Positions 27,329-38,222 of a stretch of 64,000 bases of DNA are shown here, in pieces. The DNA comes from Trypanosoma brucei. Taxonomy: Eukaryota. The translations under genes were made by a program, and so were the position numbers. Within the stretch, counting starts at the first letter, position 1; each line of letters begins with the position of its first letter. The DNA is taken from assembly GCA_000002445.1 (NCBI GenBank), contig CM000208.1:2528001-2592000 (forward strand), read 5' to 3'. The notes beneath the pieces are model-generated. The model saw only the letters and a list, made by a program, of their open reading frames with translations, searched no databases and had not been told where the DNA came from.

Positions 27329-28480
27329 CTAGTCCGAGTCGTCCCACTCACTGCGCTCCGTTGGGTTCACGTCGAGCCTCTTGTCGTAGACATACCCCGG
27401 GTCACCGGGCCGAAGGGCATTCTGCATGAAGCCCTCGTTCATTTTTGCTTTGAACTCCTGAAGGGTGATATCGTCAGCATCATTAAGGTCTACATTCTTC
27501 AAGGCCGCCTCTGGATCGCGGTAAAGAAGGCCAACATCAGCCTTATTTACCTCCGGCTCTCCAGTTTTTGCCGAAGTCATATGCTGCTCTTCCTCACCAG
27601 TGTTGTGTGCAGCGGGCGCGTTGTCTGAATATCCAATCTGCTGCTTCCAGTCAAACTGAGGTTGAAGAGGACCCTCTGGTTTAACCGTGCTGGCGTGACT
27701 CTCCACACTCTTCCGCATCAACTCTTGTAGGCGCTGAAGGTATGAACGTAATTGGGATTCGCTAACCAGCATCCCATGCGAGCGGACCAAGCGCCTGAGC
27801 AACGGTGCTATTGGGGAATTCTCATGGAGCAGGCCATCAAGTGGAATGAATCGGCGACGCGGCCTCCCATTATACGTGTAAAATATAAGAATCTCCACCG
27901 GCTGAACGCGCAGACCAATACTTTTCACGGCAACAAGTCCATCCTTCAAAGAACTTGACGGGGCGGTTTTGTCGCTTTCCCACCATCGTGAAGGGGTAAA
28001 AGAGTCGAGCACAGGTCGTTCAATAAGGTCACTAGCTAGCTCATCGGCACTAATGGAAACGCAGCCCTTCTCGTTAAGGTCCTTCACTCGACAAGATGCA
28101 AACCGTTCCAGAACAGTGCTCGGGATGTTGCTAGTTAGCATGGCGGCACTCGTGACGATAGCATCTGCATACTCGCTAACCCTGCAACCTTGTGGATACA
28201 AACTGAGTGTCACCTCACGGGCCTCCTGCACGTCATTATCGCGTTCCCCACGCAAACGCTGCCTCAGCGAAGCATAGCGTTTGGTCATATCTTGGTACCA
28301 CTGGGTACCGCTCAATGTCGCCAAACTGAGGTAATTGGAAGAGTCATCACTGCCACAACAGCTGCTGCGGGTACGCAAAACTAACTCGTGAAATGCTTTC
28401 AGAGGTTCCTCGCTGTACTTCGCGTAGAGGTGACACACAAAAACTGACAGTTCCAGTCCCAGATCAGACACAAACTGCAT
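27329..28480 (-). CDS. hypothetical conserved protein (383 aa); C-terminal DPGYVYDKRLDV motif is weakly CEP19-like
   Basis: First ATG at 'cat' 28478-28480 (MQFVSDLGLELS...); the track start is TTG. No confident domain. The C-terminus EFKAKMNEGFMQNALRPGDPGYVYD resembles the CEP19 tail only by my recollection. Confidence 0.55.
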   Translation of the reverse strand: MQFVSDLGLELSVFVCHLYAKYSEEPLKAFHELVLRTRSSCCGSDDSSNYLSLATLSGTQWYQDMTKRYASLRQRLRGERDNDVQEAREVTLSLYPQGCRVSEYADAIVTSAAMLTSNIPSTVLERFASCRVKDLNEKGCVSISADELASDLIERPVLDSFTPSRWWESDKTAPSSSLKDGLVAVKSIGLRVQPVEILIFYTYNGRPRRRFIPLDGLLHENSPIAPLLRRLVRSHGMLVSESQLRSYLQRLQELMRKSVESHASTVKPEGPLQPQFDWKQQIGYSDNAPAAHNTGEEEQHMTSAKTGEPEVNKADVGLLYRDPEAALKNVDLNDADDITLQEFKAKMNEGFMQNALRPGDPGYVYDKRLDVNPTERSEWDDSD

Positions 28481-28987
28481 TTGCTGCACCGCCTGTTCCC
28501 CCTCTCCTGATTCTTGGACATGTCCAAAAGCCAAAACAAAAAAGAAGGTTGCACCCGTGCCAAATAAGAACAAAGACGCAGGAATATGTAAAACAAAGCG
28601 AAAAGGAAAGAAATCGAACGCCGGCCTACAAAGCAGTCACCCCGTATGCAGAACGCGACAAAACACCATTAGATCATATTTCCACGCACACACAAACACA
28701 AACACACAACAGCAGATACGGCAGAAAAGAAGTGAGAGAACGTAGGACCTACATGCAGCGTCGGTACTGAGAAACACAAGGGCACATCCAACCCCTTCCA
28801 CCTCGCCTAAGTGGGTACACACACGCCTCCACGCACCCATCACATCCTGTGGTTTACCATACAAACACGTGCAGCCCCCTTGGTCTCCATTTGTCTCTCG
28901 ACCTTTTGCTTGCACAGCGGCACCCTCAGCCGTTCACGGGCGCAGGCAACAGCTGTACACGTGTAACGCTACAGCTGAGGGCACCGT

Positions 28988-30055
28988 TTATCTTAAATTC
29001 CGTCGCGGCCGCTTCCTTCTCCGTCTCTCGTAAGTATTGTTTCCCGCACCCCGCAGTACAGGGGGGTCAAGCCACGACAACATCTTCAATCGCACCAGTT
29101 CACGCTGTCTCACACCCTCTTGGTGGCTGGCGGCCCGTCTATTCGCATCGATGCGTGCAAGCACCGTGGCGGTGCTAGATACAAGACGCAACGCCTTGGG
29201 CCGAAGCTGCGGCGGGTGGTTAACAACAAAATCAGAATTACTTAAAAATCCAGTGGTTTTAAGCGCGATACCGCTACTGTTGGCGCGCGTGCTACCGAGC
29301 CGAGACAATTCTGTTGGATCCATAGCTGCAAGCGGTGCTACGCCCCCTGCAATAGCGAAGAGCTGGGAGGTGATCCCAGTGCCAAGAAAGGCACAAAGGT
29401 TTGGACAGATGAGTGGCATCGACCGCTGGATGTATTCCAGAAAGGTTTGCTTCGCCGCTTCGAGTGTTTCTATCTCCTGACACGCTTCGAGCACACGCTG
29501 CAGCTCCTCAGGTGACAGCTCACGTCCTGTGGTAGTCGATGCGCAAGCGATGATAACAGCGGTAAGCTGCGAGGGCACCAACTCATCAAGCTGATCAATT
29601 ACCTGAGAAAGGTCCATATTGTTCTGCAGAAGCTGCACCACACGTGCATAGAGAAGACCGGAAGTAAAAAACATGGCAAGCTCTGGAAACCGCTGACTGT
29701 AGTGAGCCCGTGCGTAAACAACCGCCTTACTCTTTTCAACCTCAATGCGCAGTACAAGGTTGCTTGAGTCAATCACAAACTGATATTCGGGGTCATCCGG
29801 CGTTATCGTGTTCTTCACGTTTTCCTGCTCACTGTAGTCGCTAAGTTTCTGCAGCATACTGCTCATATGGCCAGACCGCAGCAATGCAGTTACTTCCTTC
29901 ACGCTATTGTGTCGTCTTGCATCATCATCTGACGCAATGGACTCCCCTACACCAATTGTCTCCTCCAAATAAATGTCCAGACCTTCATCTCTCCTGCTCT
30001 GGAGGTCGTCAACTCGCTCACCGAAACCATCCCATCCGGTTTCGATATAGCTCAT
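28988..30055 (-). CDS. PRP31: U4/U6 snRNP protein PRP31 (Nop domain)
   Basis: ICPNLCAFLGTGITSQLFAIAGGVAPLAAM...GFLSNSDFVVNHPPQLRPKALRLVSSTATVLARIDA aligns to the Prp31 Nop-domain blocks IAPNLSIIIGASTAAKIMGVAGGL...GYIYHSDIVQSLPPDLRRKAARLVAAKCTLAARVD. Basic C-tail. First ATG at 'cat' 30053-30055; the track start is GTG. Confidence 0.75.
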   Translation of the reverse strand: MSYIETGWDGFGERVDDLQSRRDEGLDIYLEETIGVGESIASDDDARRHNSVKEVTALLRSGHMSSMLQKLSDYSEQENVKNTITPDDPEYQFVIDSSNLVLRIEVEKSKAVVYARAHYSQRFPELAMFFTSGLLYARVVQLLQNNMDLSQVIDQLDELVPSQLTAVIIACASTTTGRELSPEELQRVLEACQEIETLEAAKQTFLEYIQRSMPLICPNLCAFLGTGITSQLFAIAGGVAPLAAMDPTELSRLGSTRANSSGIALKTTGFLSNSDFVVNHPPQLRPKALRLVSSTATVLARIDANRRAASHQEGVRQRELVRLKMLSWLDPPVLRGAGNNTYERRRRKRPRRNLR

Positions 30056-30449
30056 CTTGGCCAGGCTAAGCAGCACAGGGGTGAGAAGTTAAAAAAAAAA
30101 ACAGAAGAGGAAGCCAAGGGTCAGCAGGAATTTATCACCATCAAAATGCAACACAAGCAGAACGTTAAACCACATAATTATAACAAAACGGTTTCAGTCC
30201 ATATTTCCTCTCACACTACTTCTCACTCCGCTTTCCCTGGTGATGCCAAGACATGCCATGGCACCCTTCGTGAAGTGCATATATTCTCCTTTTTTTCTTT
30301 TTATTTCATCCCGACTGACGACGGCGACGGTGAGAGGGAGGAAAGGAAGAGAGAAAAATGGCAATCAGTAAAGGGAAAAAAGTAAAATAAAAAGAGCGGC
30401 ACCATATGAAAAACAGAGGGCAGGGGAATGTGGAACCGCGTGGACGCGC

Positions 30450-31577
30450 CTAATAACCGTCATCCGTATCATTCCAACTACTGCCCAGCGGGTCGCCAAC
30501 ATCACTATCTCCACAAAACCCAGAGCTCCCCCAAACGCCACGAGGCCTGTGACATCTCTCGTCGTCATATGTACCTGCTGTACTCATCCCATCCGTCCGG
30601 ATACTGTTACTGCTACTAGTTTCATCTGGGTACTCATTGGCAGAAAAGTCAGCAGCATTGCTGTCGTACTCATCGTCTTTGCGATGGTCAGGATATAAGT
30701 ACAACTCAGGATCGATAGCCCCTTGCTCGTCCAGGAGAAAGTCGTCATAATTTTTTTGCAGGGCGTCGTAAAGTAACAGTTCAGCTTTATTAACGGCCAC
30801 ACTGCGGTTAGCCAGCGACTCACCAAAAGAAAGAACATAATCATGGTACGTCCCTTCGCGGTGCCGCTTTCGCTCCGACCTGAAGGCAAAATAAGGCTTC
30901 ACACAAGAGACCGCAGTTGATTCTCCATCGTCATCATCCGTTATGCGCAGATTACCAAATCCAAACACGTCATCCTCCTTCATGTTTTTGTCCCCTTCTT
31001 CTTCGTTCACTTCGCCCACAGCGTCAGCCGCTGCACCCTTGTCAAGGATATATACCGACCAGCTTCCCTCACTGTCAATCGCCACTGAATCTCCAGGACC
31101 GACTAACACATCACCAACGATAGAAGAGACCGGAACTACACCCACTTCACCCGATTTTTTCCCTACAACTTGGCAATCCATCACCAGGTTTCCCTGGGCA
31201 TCCCACACCCGCTCAACAGACAAAGCGGTATTCGAAGGCAGAACCGCAGAATTCGCCAGAGCATAAGTCTTATCATCCCCTGCTGCGCCGCACGCGCCAC
31301 GTTCGAGCAAACGAAAAAAAAGCACTCGTCGCTGACACTCATCTTCCACGCTACCCGACGCACGTGGTGTCGGCGGTGCATCCAACGCATCATTCTTCGT
31401 GTTATTAGACGCGTCGCAGCCGACCCTCACACCTCGGCTTGAATCCAGGCGCACACGCAGTAGTGGTGGGGCCACTAACTCACCACTCTCACTTGCGGTG
31501 CACCTCGAACGTTTTATGCGCATGATGATCCCCTGAGATCCTACTGTCGGAGGGAGCACACGCATAACCTCGTTCAT
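30450..31577 (-). CDS. hypothetical protein (375 aa), Asp/Glu-rich C-terminal half
   Basis: ATG verified. No recognisable domain. Confidence 0.55.
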   Translation of the reverse strand: MNEVMRVLPPTVGSQGIIMRIKRSRCTASESGELVAPPLLRVRLDSSRGVRVGCDASNNTKNDALDAPPTPRASGSVEDECQRRVLFFRLLERGACGAAGDDKTYALANSAVLPSNTALSVERVWDAQGNLVMDCQVVGKKSGEVGVVPVSSIVGDVLVGPGDSVAIDSEGSWSVYILDKGAAADAVGEVNEEEGDKNMKEDDVFGFGNLRITDDDDGESTAVSCVKPYFAFRSERKRHREGTYHDYVLSFGESLANRSVAVNKAELLLYDALQKNYDDFLLDEQGAIDPELYLYPDHRKDDEYDSNAADFSANEYPDETSSSNSIRTDGMSTAGTYDDERCHRPRGVWGSSGFCGDSDVGDPLGSSWNDTDDGY

Positions 31578-32351
31578 CTTTAAGTGTGCGACTACGCACT
31601 ACCTCACAAAGCAGTGGAAAGGGGCGGTTATGCAAGAAGGGGTGAAAAGAAGGGGGATTGGAGAAGAGAAAAAACGAAGATGCGGGGGGAAAGGCTCCTA
31701 GCGCATCGGTGGGAGAGGCACGAAATGGAAAAATTGCAGTACACATAGCAAAACGGAGATACCCACCTAACAACGGTATGGTGGTTGTGGGGAAATCTTT
31801 ATGAGCATAAACACACGCGAAAAGAAAGAAAGAGGAAAGCGATGGATTTGTTACAGCTGGAAATTGACCTCCCCGTAACCCAAGCGCCGCCCAATACAAC
31901 TGCTACTGTTCCAAGTATTTGTCTGCTTTGAATCGTGGATCCGTACGGCATATTTAATCCGCCAAGGACATGTGAATTTGAGAGCCACATACGGGGACCA
32001 CGGAGTAAACACGTACTGACTAACCCACTACAAGGAAAAAGAAAAACATTTAGCATTAAAAAGGGAAGGTAAGGTAACATACGAGGCAGGGGGTATGCAC
32101 AGAGCGAATAGCAATACAGCACATCGAGTTGCTGTACAAAATCCCAACGTGCCAGCCGATTCATCTCTTCCGCACCACCATCACATCAACACCGGTATCC
32201 ATGAGGAACGCTGACACGCACTCGCTCACCCACACGAAGTCCCCGTCTTTGTCTCTCGCTCCGCTTCACTTCGCTTTTTCCCTTCCACGGAGACACTCGG
32301 CTAACTATGCCACAAACTTACTTACAGTGCCAGCAAATGTTGGACCGTCAA

Positions 32352-33257
32352 TTAGTACTCGTACTGAAAATATAACGGACTCTCTCTAGGCCTGCGTGCG
32401 CGCCGAAGGGCAACTGCAGAAAGAAGTAGTAGAATAAACCCACAAGCCATCAACGCACCAACCGTTGCTGGAAGGGCTGGTCGGGTGTCCTCTACAATCC
32501 TCGACCCGCACGTGTCTCTATAGATGTTCGATTCGCCGCACACCGGGGAGCAATACAACTTCGGCCACGTAATCTCCTCCAGAGTTATCGGGTCGAGCAT
32601 CACATGGCCGTCGCGGGACACAAGGTAACAAACGTGTGGCCGGATCCCAGGGATGTGCCTCGTTGCATTACTAAAACAGCACCTCCCCTTTTCGAAGCCA
32701 GAGCATTTGTAATTCGCCTGGATGTTGCAAATGAGCTCAGGTTGCTCCTGCACAGCCTCGCGCCACACCCCCGAAAGCATTGTATCCAAAGGAAGGATGT
32801 CCATCAACAAAAGGAGAAACAAAAGACCCAAGGACAGCACCGGTACCGCTGACGCCATGAGCATCACTGAGAATAGCATCGATGGCATCTTCGACTTGAA
32901 GTACACTGAGAAAATGCCGACGACTCCCAGTAAAAGGTTGAACACACCAGTACAAAGCAGAACGACCTTGAAGAGTGACCAGTGATCGCCCCAATTTACC
33001 GCCGTCGAAAACAGACCCCACACCACAAACGGTAAACATAGGGTCGCACCAAGTAATATAAAGAAGAACGAAAAGCACGAGGAACAGCAACAGTACACCC
33101 CACAGGAACGACAGCAACCGCTTTCTACCTCCTCCTCCTCGACTTGTACATACATGCTGCTCGACCAATAATCATCATTCCTAAACGCGTACGCGTCTGG
33201 CCCCCGCACATAGCCTTGGGCCGGCTCGGTCTGATCAAGCAGTTTTCCTCCGGCCAT
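32352..33257 (-). CDS. tetraspanin-like four-TM membrane protein
   Basis: ATG verified. Four hydrophobic helices (FFFILLGATLCLPFVVWGLF, LLCTGVFNLLLGVVGIFSVYF, MLFSVMLMASAVPVLSLGLLFLLLLM, VGALMACGFILLLLSAVAL). A Cys-containing large loop (KCSGFEKGRCCFSN ... CYL ... CSPVCGE) lies between TM3 and TM4. Confidence 0.45.
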   Translation of the reverse strand: MAGGKLLDQTEPAQGYVRGPDAYAFRNDDYWSSSMYVQVEEEEVESGCCRSCGVYCCCSSCFSFFFILLGATLCLPFVVWGLFSTAVNWGDHWSLFKVVLLCTGVFNLLLGVVGIFSVYFKSKMPSMLFSVMLMASAVPVLSLGLLFLLLLMDILPLDTMLSGVWREAVQEQPELICNIQANYKCSGFEKGRCCFSNATRHIPGIRPHVCYLVSRDGHVMLDPITLEEITWPKLYCSPVCGESNIYRDTCGSRIVEDTRPALPATVGALMACGFILLLLSAVALRRARRPRESPLYFQYEY

Positions 33258-33692
33258 GCTGCGCGCCTTTCCGTTATCCCTCTCACGTTCAGTACCTTTT
33301 CTTCAACGTGTAGGTGGCCTTTCAACCTCGACAGCTGTTACAGCAAAAAACAAATCGGTTGCAACCGAGTTCGCTCACTACCTTCACGCTCACTACGGAA
33401 AGAAGGAAAAAAGTGAATGCAGACGTAGGCAGGTGTAGGCAGTTGTGTCACAACACACAAAAACGGGAAGAAACAAAGTCGCAGAAGATCCCGCGTACCA
33501 GCACTCCACCCCAACCCCCTTTAGCATCGGGCGTTCTGTACAGTCTGGAGGCGAGATCGCATGCAACAACCTCTCAGACCACCTTATTCGCCGCTCCCAA
33601 TTCAGTTCCGCAAAATATGCCCGAAATATCTAAACCAAATGGCTCGGGAGCGCACCGCTTCGGAGATGTACACCTCCCCTCCCACCCATACC

Positions 33693-36600
33693 TTATTCAA
33701 TCACTCCATAAGAGGCAGTCATGTTCCCTTGTGAAGTACTCTCGTATTCAGCATCCCATTCATACTGGTATTTCGCGCTTTCCTTACAGTATGAGACCAC
33801 AAGGACACAATAGGGGCTGCGACTTAACACATTATCGCCCATGTGGAACATGCGATAGGGATTTAGCTCCTCTTGAGACGCAGCCGCGCCCTCTGGTGGC
33901 TCCGGACCCCGTCCCATTTCCGCGCCGCACATGCTCCTTCCGTTACCCTCACTCACAGGGTAAACCATCACACGTAGCTTTCGTGCTGAACGTTCATTGC
34001 TTTGAAAATTGAGACGAAAGCGAAGGTAGACACGTGTTGGTGGCGTACAACGGCTGTTAGCACCCCCGCCAAAGCGTTGCAAGATGGATGTTCTCTCAGC
34101 CACTTTATCGATGACATGCTTGGCAGCCTCAGCCACCTCCTGCAATAGTTTTTCTTCAGCTTCCGATTCTGCCTGGGTTGCGTCCTTTTCGTTGGTAAAG
34201 TTTTCCAGAATGGAGGGCCACTGCACGCCGAGGTGAAAGCGAAGCTGCTTCCGGCTCTGATAATAAAGGAACTGCGGTTCATTGACTGTTCCATACACAC
34301 GTAACGTACCATCCGCAAACCTGCCGGACGCACCCTTCTCTGAGGACACAGGCGAACGTCGACGCAGAAGCAGCGAAAAGTAGTCCTTTACTCCCAACCC
34401 CCTTCTGGACCGCTCACACACCCGTTGGTAAATTCTGCTTCGTTTGCACCGACCATACGAAATTGGATTATATGGCTTGTTAGGAGAGAAGCACATTGGC
34501 ACATATGAGACAGCGATGTAGAGCCTCTTTGTTTCTTCACGGGGTTTATGATCCTGAAGACTGGCGTCAAACTCGTCACGGGTAACGAGAGGAGGCCCGA
34601 GCACTGCAAGCCAGGGAAGCGGTAGGTACAGACGGGGCACGCCGCTCGTAAGAGGTTGATTACCGACGCCAAGAGACGCCATCGGATAGCACGCCTTGCC
34701 GCCGCCCTCCAAGATGGAAAAGACACCGCCATCGTCGGTGCTGCTGTCACCACTAACAAGGCAACCATTAAATGAAAGTGAACCTCGACTGGAAGAGACG
34801 AGTGACTCAACCCCCAGTGCGCGCGCGACAAATTTAATAGCAGATGCGTCAGTAGGCAAAATGCTCTCTTGGCTTCCGAAGACCTCGCTAGTAGAAGAAC
34901 AGAACGAGCCGAGAAACAGTACAGGGTCCTTCGGCTCCTGACCGTCGAGAGCCTGGCCGCAGTTCCTGGGGTACACTCTGTATAGAACCGCCGAGCAGTC
35001 GATATTGGGTACGTTAACGCTGTTGAGATTTTTGTGATCATTCCCCATCAAGTTGTACACGTCAAAATTGACGGCGCCACCGTTTGTGGGTTCGCAGGGT
35101 CTGAGCATGAAGAGCAACGATAAGACCGACGACAACACACCTTCATGGGCGCAATAACTCCATTCAGCTGTGCCTCTTTGCCTTGGGACCTTTCCATCCA
35201 TCAACGATTCAACAAAGGCCCCGGCGGTGTTGCGCAGCGACACGGGCAGCCGCTCAAGGTTTGAAGCAAAGAAGTTAGGAAGGAAGGGTCGAGGCAACCG
35301 CACAAACGCCGAGTCGACGTGAAGATTGCTGGCCTGCTTTGCAGTTAGCGAGTTTTTAGAATTCACCAAACTTCGGTGGTGCTTGTGAAAGGCAGCAAAA
35401 AGCTGCCGAGGAAAGATGGAAACTACAAAAAGGGGGAGTCGTGGTGGCAGAAAAGTATCCAAAAGTTGAGGGAAAGGCGAGATGCGAGGCTCGCTACTTC
35501 CGACCCGTGTGTCACCGGTGCTCCCACCACCCTCCCATTCTGCAAGGTACCAGAAATCGCGCTTACCCGCGGACACACGAAAGACCTCGTCGATGTCCTC
35601 CTGATGGTTACCATCTGGCCCACTGCTCGCAGTTCCACCGGCCCTTGGCGCAGAGCGCAACCCACATATACCCGCACCGACGGGGAGACGACTATCCATC
35701 ATTTCCTGGGCGGTCGCTTTCTTAGCAACCATTTCGTTGTAAACATTAGTCAACCGCCTCCACCACTCTGCAACCAGGATGCTCCTTTGTTGCTGTTCCC
35801 GTGCCGTAATTTCAGCGAGCGCTTTGGCGAAGAATTTCAGCACCAGCGACGATATCATTGACCATGTGTGTCCCGGAGCCTCAGACGAGAGCTCCGCCGG
35901 CACCCACCACTTCGCTCCCAGTTCAAATAAAACACTCTTTCGCGTTCCGCGGCGATCATCGACACCCTGCATCTCATTACCCATAAGTACCAATATATCA
36001 CCCACATACCCCTGGTCTCCGTTGACAGTAGCAACTCCCACTGGAATACAAAACACATCACGATAAGCAAGTCCCTCACTCCACTTCCGCAGTTCTTCTG
36101 TAAAATCCCCCGTTTGCCGCTTGGAGTTGTCCACTTTGAAGTAGAAGTCGATTTTGGAATGATAAATCTTCTCGGATGACAGTGCATCCTTCTCGGGCCG
36201 ATCTGAATCGGCTTCCAGATCAACTGCATGCTCTTCGACCACACTCTGTCCCTCGCTTACCACTACCCCCTCGGTACCTGTCACATTTTTGCCACCAGGT
36301 ATCGAATCGTCCCCTTCATCGTCATCATCAGATGACGACGACACCTCCTCGTTATCAACCATCTCCTGCGTGTCCGACAAGAGGTAAACCGCCCGCCGCT
36401 CCAACTTTTTCTCCTGGCCTTGAAACTCTACAAATATGTCGAGGGCGAAAACCATCTCATTCTCGCGGTCCTCCAACCGCAAATCCACTGTCACCTCCGT
36501 TTGAAAAACACGATCTACTAACCGCGTCATTTTGGAGGTGTCGGCAGCGGTTGGCTTTTCAGGAGTGTATTTACCCGGCCAATACTTCCTTTGGACGACA

Positions 36601-38222
36601 CTAAGAGCCGGCGCCTCACCGGACAGAGCAACACTTGGTGAGTTGTCGTATTTAATCCTAATTTGGGCTTTGCGGCCCTGAACAACCTCCTCCGGAGGAG
36701 CGACCACGATGGTGCCGAGAGTCCTTTCCTCTTCCCTGCCAACCACTTGCAGAATAGTTTCATCAGTAAATATGGCGTCAACCTCAACACGAAGGAAGAG
36801 AGAACGGTCCTGTCCACTCATCCCAACTGATTCCAACCCACCAGCATGCGTGCTAGCCTTGGACCCAGAAGAGACTCCTATACATTCTTGGACTAGTGAC
36901 AAACTCTTGAGAGTTCCCTCGAAAGTTACATTCTGCCGCACCGGTGCCGTAATACTCCAGATCGTACGCATGGGACGCTCCACGTGAGTGCGCAACGGAC
37001 GACTTTCGCAACTCTGGAATATGTTACCAGCGAACATTGTGGCTTTCCACAGCGCAGCCAAGGTCGGGCCCTCAAACCACGCCTGACCCAAGAAACTTTC
37101 GAGGGCACGTTCAATGCCGCCAGGACCTGGTGAGCCACCAAGTAGCCAATCCCTGGCGCCCCCACTTGGGGCGACTGGTCGAGAGAAAATGGTACGACAA
37201 CGCTCACTGGCAGCACGTAAAATATCATGGAAGTTACTTGACCGCGGCACAGCCGCCTCCACGACCTGGCGCACAAGTCCGTGACCCTGACGCACCAACG
37301 AGCACCCAACGTCTTCAGTGGCATCTCCTTCCCGGGCAAACGACGTAACACGAACAGTTGACCGCACGCACCGCAGTTGGTCGTGTGAAAAGAGCTGGGT
37401 GCTATTAGCGACCTCCATTTCTGAGGGAGAGAGAGAGTGAACACAAACCTCAACCTGGGAAAAGAGGAGGTTCTTTTGAGCCCACCGCAGCGCCGCATAA
37501 CCCCCATCCGTTGAGGTGGAGTAACACTGCACAGCATCAAGAATGACAAGCTCCGGTAGCGGTGAGGCACCACATTCGGCTTCGCCATTGGCTGCCCCAT
37601 TACTTGTGTCCGCATTGATGCTCTCGTGGCTGGTTGCACCCCCGTTGTCATCAGCCGATTTATCGGCCCAGTGCACTACATACACATCTCCGCGCAACAC
37701 ATCGACAACCCTCCCAGCAACCACCTTACGGAACAACCCGCTGCTCTCATGCCGAGACATATCTCCCGCCCATGCGCAGGGAATCGCGGAAGCCGCACCG
37801 ACCTTCACGGGTTCTCCCAGCGCCCCTCGCTTCTCAGCATCGATAAGATCCTCAAGCCGAAAGCAAATGGGCCGTATAATACGACCAACCCCGAGAAACA
37901 ACAACGTCTCTTGCAGCGATGCCCATTCCGTTGCCTGCCCATTGGTGGAGAAAATGATGTCCCCATAACCGAGAAGTGGGAACTCTGCGTAGTAGTCTTG
38001 ACGCAGATATTTATGCGAGGCATCACGTATCATCGAAACCGCCTTATCAATAGCGCACTCGAGCACTGGCGCCGTGCCACGTGGCACATCCACAGCCGAC
38101 AACTCACAGCTGATGACTCGGCGGTACAGCGGAACTCTAACGTTGAAGACATTTTTAGCAAGCCAACAAATTGAATTAATGGGAACCAGTACCCCATCCC
38201 GCTTAACGAGGGGAGTTACCAT
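33693..38222 (-). CDS. large hypothetical protein (1509 aa); N-terminal segment loosely SNase/OB-fold-like; acidic Ser/Asp cluster mid-protein
   Basis: ATG verified (MVTPLVKRDG...). FRKVVAGRVVDVLRGDVYVVHWADKS...LPELVILDAVQCYSTS resembles a staphylococcal-nuclease-like repeat, with low confidence. SSSDDDDEGDD acidic patch. Confidence 0.55.
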   Translation of the reverse strand: MVTPLVKRDGVLVPINSICWLAKNVFNVRVPLYRRVISCELSAVDVPRGTAPVLECAIDKAVSMIRDASHKYLRQDYYAEFPLLGYGDIIFSTNGQATEWASLQETLLFLGVGRIIRPICFRLEDLIDAEKRGALGEPVKVGAASAIPCAWAGDMSRHESSGLFRKVVAGRVVDVLRGDVYVVHWADKSADDNGGATSHESINADTSNGAANGEAECGASPLPELVILDAVQCYSTSTDGGYAALRWAQKNLLFSQVEVCVHSLSPSEMEVANSTQLFSHDQLRCVRSTVRVTSFAREGDATEDVGCSLVRQGHGLVRQVVEAAVPRSSNFHDILRAASERCRTIFSRPVAPSGGARDWLLGGSPGPGGIERALESFLGQAWFEGPTLAALWKATMFAGNIFQSCESRPLRTHVERPMRTIWSITAPVRQNVTFEGTLKSLSLVQECIGVSSGSKASTHAGGLESVGMSGQDRSLFLRVEVDAIFTDETILQVVGREEERTLGTIVVAPPEEVVQGRKAQIRIKYDNSPSVALSGEAPALSVVQRKYWPGKYTPEKPTAADTSKMTRLVDRVFQTEVTVDLRLEDRENEMVFALDIFVEFQGQEKKLERRAVYLLSDTQEMVDNEEVSSSSDDDDEGDDSIPGGKNVTGTEGVVVSEGQSVVEEHAVDLEADSDRPEKDALSSEKIYHSKIDFYFKVDNSKRQTGDFTEELRKWSEGLAYRDVFCIPVGVATVNGDQGYVGDILVLMGNEMQGVDDRRGTRKSVLFELGAKWWVPAELSSEAPGHTWSMISSLVLKFFAKALAEITAREQQQRSILVAEWWRRLTNVYNEMVAKKATAQEMMDSRLPVGAGICGLRSAPRAGGTASSGPDGNHQEDIDEVFRVSAGKRDFWYLAEWEGGGSTGDTRVGSSEPRISPFPQLLDTFLPPRLPLFVVSIFPRQLFAAFHKHHRSLVNSKNSLTAKQASNLHVDSAFVRLPRPFLPNFFASNLERLPVSLRNTAGAFVESLMDGKVPRQRGTAEWSYCAHEGVLSSVLSLLFMLRPCEPTNGGAVNFDVYNLMGNDHKNLNSVNVPNIDCSAVLYRVYPRNCGQALDGQEPKDPVLFLGSFCSSTSEVFGSQESILPTDASAIKFVARALGVESLVSSSRGSLSFNGCLVSGDSSTDDGGVFSILEGGGKACYPMASLGVGNQPLTSGVPRLYLPLPWLAVLGPPLVTRDEFDASLQDHKPREETKRLYIAVSYVPMCFSPNKPYNPISYGRCKRSRIYQRVCERSRRGLGVKDYFSLLLRRRSPVSSEKGASGRFADGTLRVYGTVNEPQFLYYQSRKQLRFHLGVQWPSILENFTNEKDATQAESEAEEKLLQEVAEAAKHVIDKVAERTSILQRFGGGANSRCTPPTRVYLRFRLNFQSNERSARKLRVMVYPVSEGNGRSMCGAEMGRGPEPPEGAAASQEELNPYRMFHMGDNVLSRSPYCVLVVSYCKESAKYQYEWDAEYESTSQGNMTASYGVIE

